From contig OX597817.1 in assembly GCA_951406725.2 (NCBI GenBank), positions 139,314,001 through 139,378,000 of the forward strand: a DNA stretch of 64,000 nt, in the 5' to 3' direction. This document shows, piece by piece, positions 62,366-64,000 of the stretch; position 1 is the stretch's first letter, and each line of letters opens with the position of its first letter. The notes beneath the pieces are model-generated. The model saw nothing but the letters and a program-made list of their open reading frames with translations. It had not been told where the DNA came from and ran no database searches. Origin of the DNA: Octopus vulgaris. Its lineage: Eukaryota. The position numbers and the translations under genes were made by a program.

Positions 62366-64000
62366 AGTCTAATATAGACTAGTGGAACAGGATACCCTTT
62401 AGTCCACATCCTCAAACAATGTGCAAGGGAAAAGACAGAATTCATAGAGCAGCGGTTATAGTAAAATTTCAACTAAGATCACATGGTAGTCATAAGATTG
62501 TCCAGAAACATTCACAGCTACATTGTATTTATGAATATAATTAGCACAATGTATTGATTATGTATGTGGAGGCACATGGCCTAGTGGTTAGAGCACTGGA
62601 CTTGTAGTCGAGGGATTGTGGGTTTAAATCTCAGACCAGGCTCTAACAGAAAGTAATGGCAAACTTCTGCTGACTCTTTCACCACAACTTTCCCTCACTC
62701 TTTCCTCCTGCATCTAGCAGCTCACCTGCGAACGGACTGGCTTCCCATCCAGGTGGGGAGCCTATACGCCAATGAAACTGGGAAATCGGCCCTTATGAGT
62801 CAAGTATGGCTCGAGAAGGAACAAACAACAGCAACATTGATCATGTATGTGTATCAAGATTTGAACACTAGCTTTCAGATTTTCCTGCTCTGGAACCACT
62901 AACTAGCAGCATTTCATCTGTCTTTACGTTCTGAGTTCAAATTCCACCAAGGTCGACTTTGCCATTCTTCCTTTCAGAGTCAATAAAATAAATAGCAGTC
63001 ATGTACTGGGGTTGATGTAATTTACTTACTCCCCCCCCCTGAAATTGCTGGCCTTGTGCCAAAAAAGGAAATCAATTTACAGGTAATGATCAATCTCATG
63101 CTTTATACCTGTACATGTTATACCTGAGTTGTTTTTTAATATGAATGCTCACACATCAGTCTTGTGTTCCATTGTCTCATTTGCTGATGCCAAAATCTAA
63201 AGTTAATTACCATATTTGATGGCATAAAAGACACAGGGGCATCTTGCATGCACCCTAATTTCAGCAGCAGATGATCAGCAAAATTAGTTTTCAGAGTATT
63301 AAAGGTTCTGCAAGGCTCGACTTTTGGCAAAAATAAAGTACCTTAGAAGCCATCAAGTACATAATTATGATTCAGCATGCTGATGATATATTGCATGTCT
63401 CAAGGAAACGAATTTATCGGTTATTCACCTAACTCAACTGTTTAAATCTGTGTGCTATTATCTGGGAGAGATAAACTTAGACACATTTTGTATGTAATGA
63501 AGTAGGTAAAATGATAAAGATAAAGTTGAGAGGGAAAAAAAGTTGGCAAGCAAAATAATAATAATTTTGTAATTTAGGCAAAAGGCCTTCATACATTAAC
63601 CTAGTATTTAATTGGAACTGTTTTTCATCAACCCCAGAAGAACCAGAAAAATGAAAGCAAAGTTGATCTTGCAGGATTTGAACTCAGAACATAAAGGGCC
63701 AGGAAAAATGCATCAAATTATTTTATCCGACGTGCTAATGATTTCGCTATAACAACAACAACAACAATAATCCTTTCTGCTATAGGCACAAGGCCTGAAA
63801 CTTTGCGGGAGGGGGGGTTAGTCAATTACATCGACCACAGTGTTTCACTGGTACTTAATTTATCGACCCCAAAAGGATGAAAGGCAAAGTCGATCTCAGA
63901 ACGCAGCGACGGACGAAATACCTATTCCTTTACTACTCACAAGGGGCTAAACACCGAGAGGACAGACAGACGGATTAAGTCGATTATATCGCCCCCAGTG

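Overview
AT-rich, microsatellite-laden animal genomic DNA. The SINE/LINE repertoire looks like an octopod cephalopod, which is an inference from repeat style. It contains one complete host gene on the minus strand: a CRLF3 (cytokine receptor-like factor 3) orthologue. Its seven coding exons (21123 to 5411) have GT-AG boundaries, splice in frame to 1344 nt (447 aa plus stop) and encode a coiled-coil, an FN3 domain with WSVWS, and a SPRY-like C-terminus. Candidate non-coding 5' exons lie at about 27.0 and 29.1 kb. The rest is a transposon graveyard: RTE LINEs carrying an internal PHD-like zinc finger and a 3' UTR hairpin array (about 18 tail copies), CR1/L2, R4/Dong, CRE-like, Tx1/L1 and Penelope fragments, three or more tRNA-SINE families, Helitrons, MITEs and a 25-bp minisatellite. 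The most unusual signals are (TA)n-embedded elements whose long fold-back arms appear to be regenerated per copy, several hammerhead-ribozyme-like cores, recurrent head-to-tail SINE multimers and nested insertions that can be reconstructed. I found no convincing new protein-coding system. Repeat boundaries are approximate.
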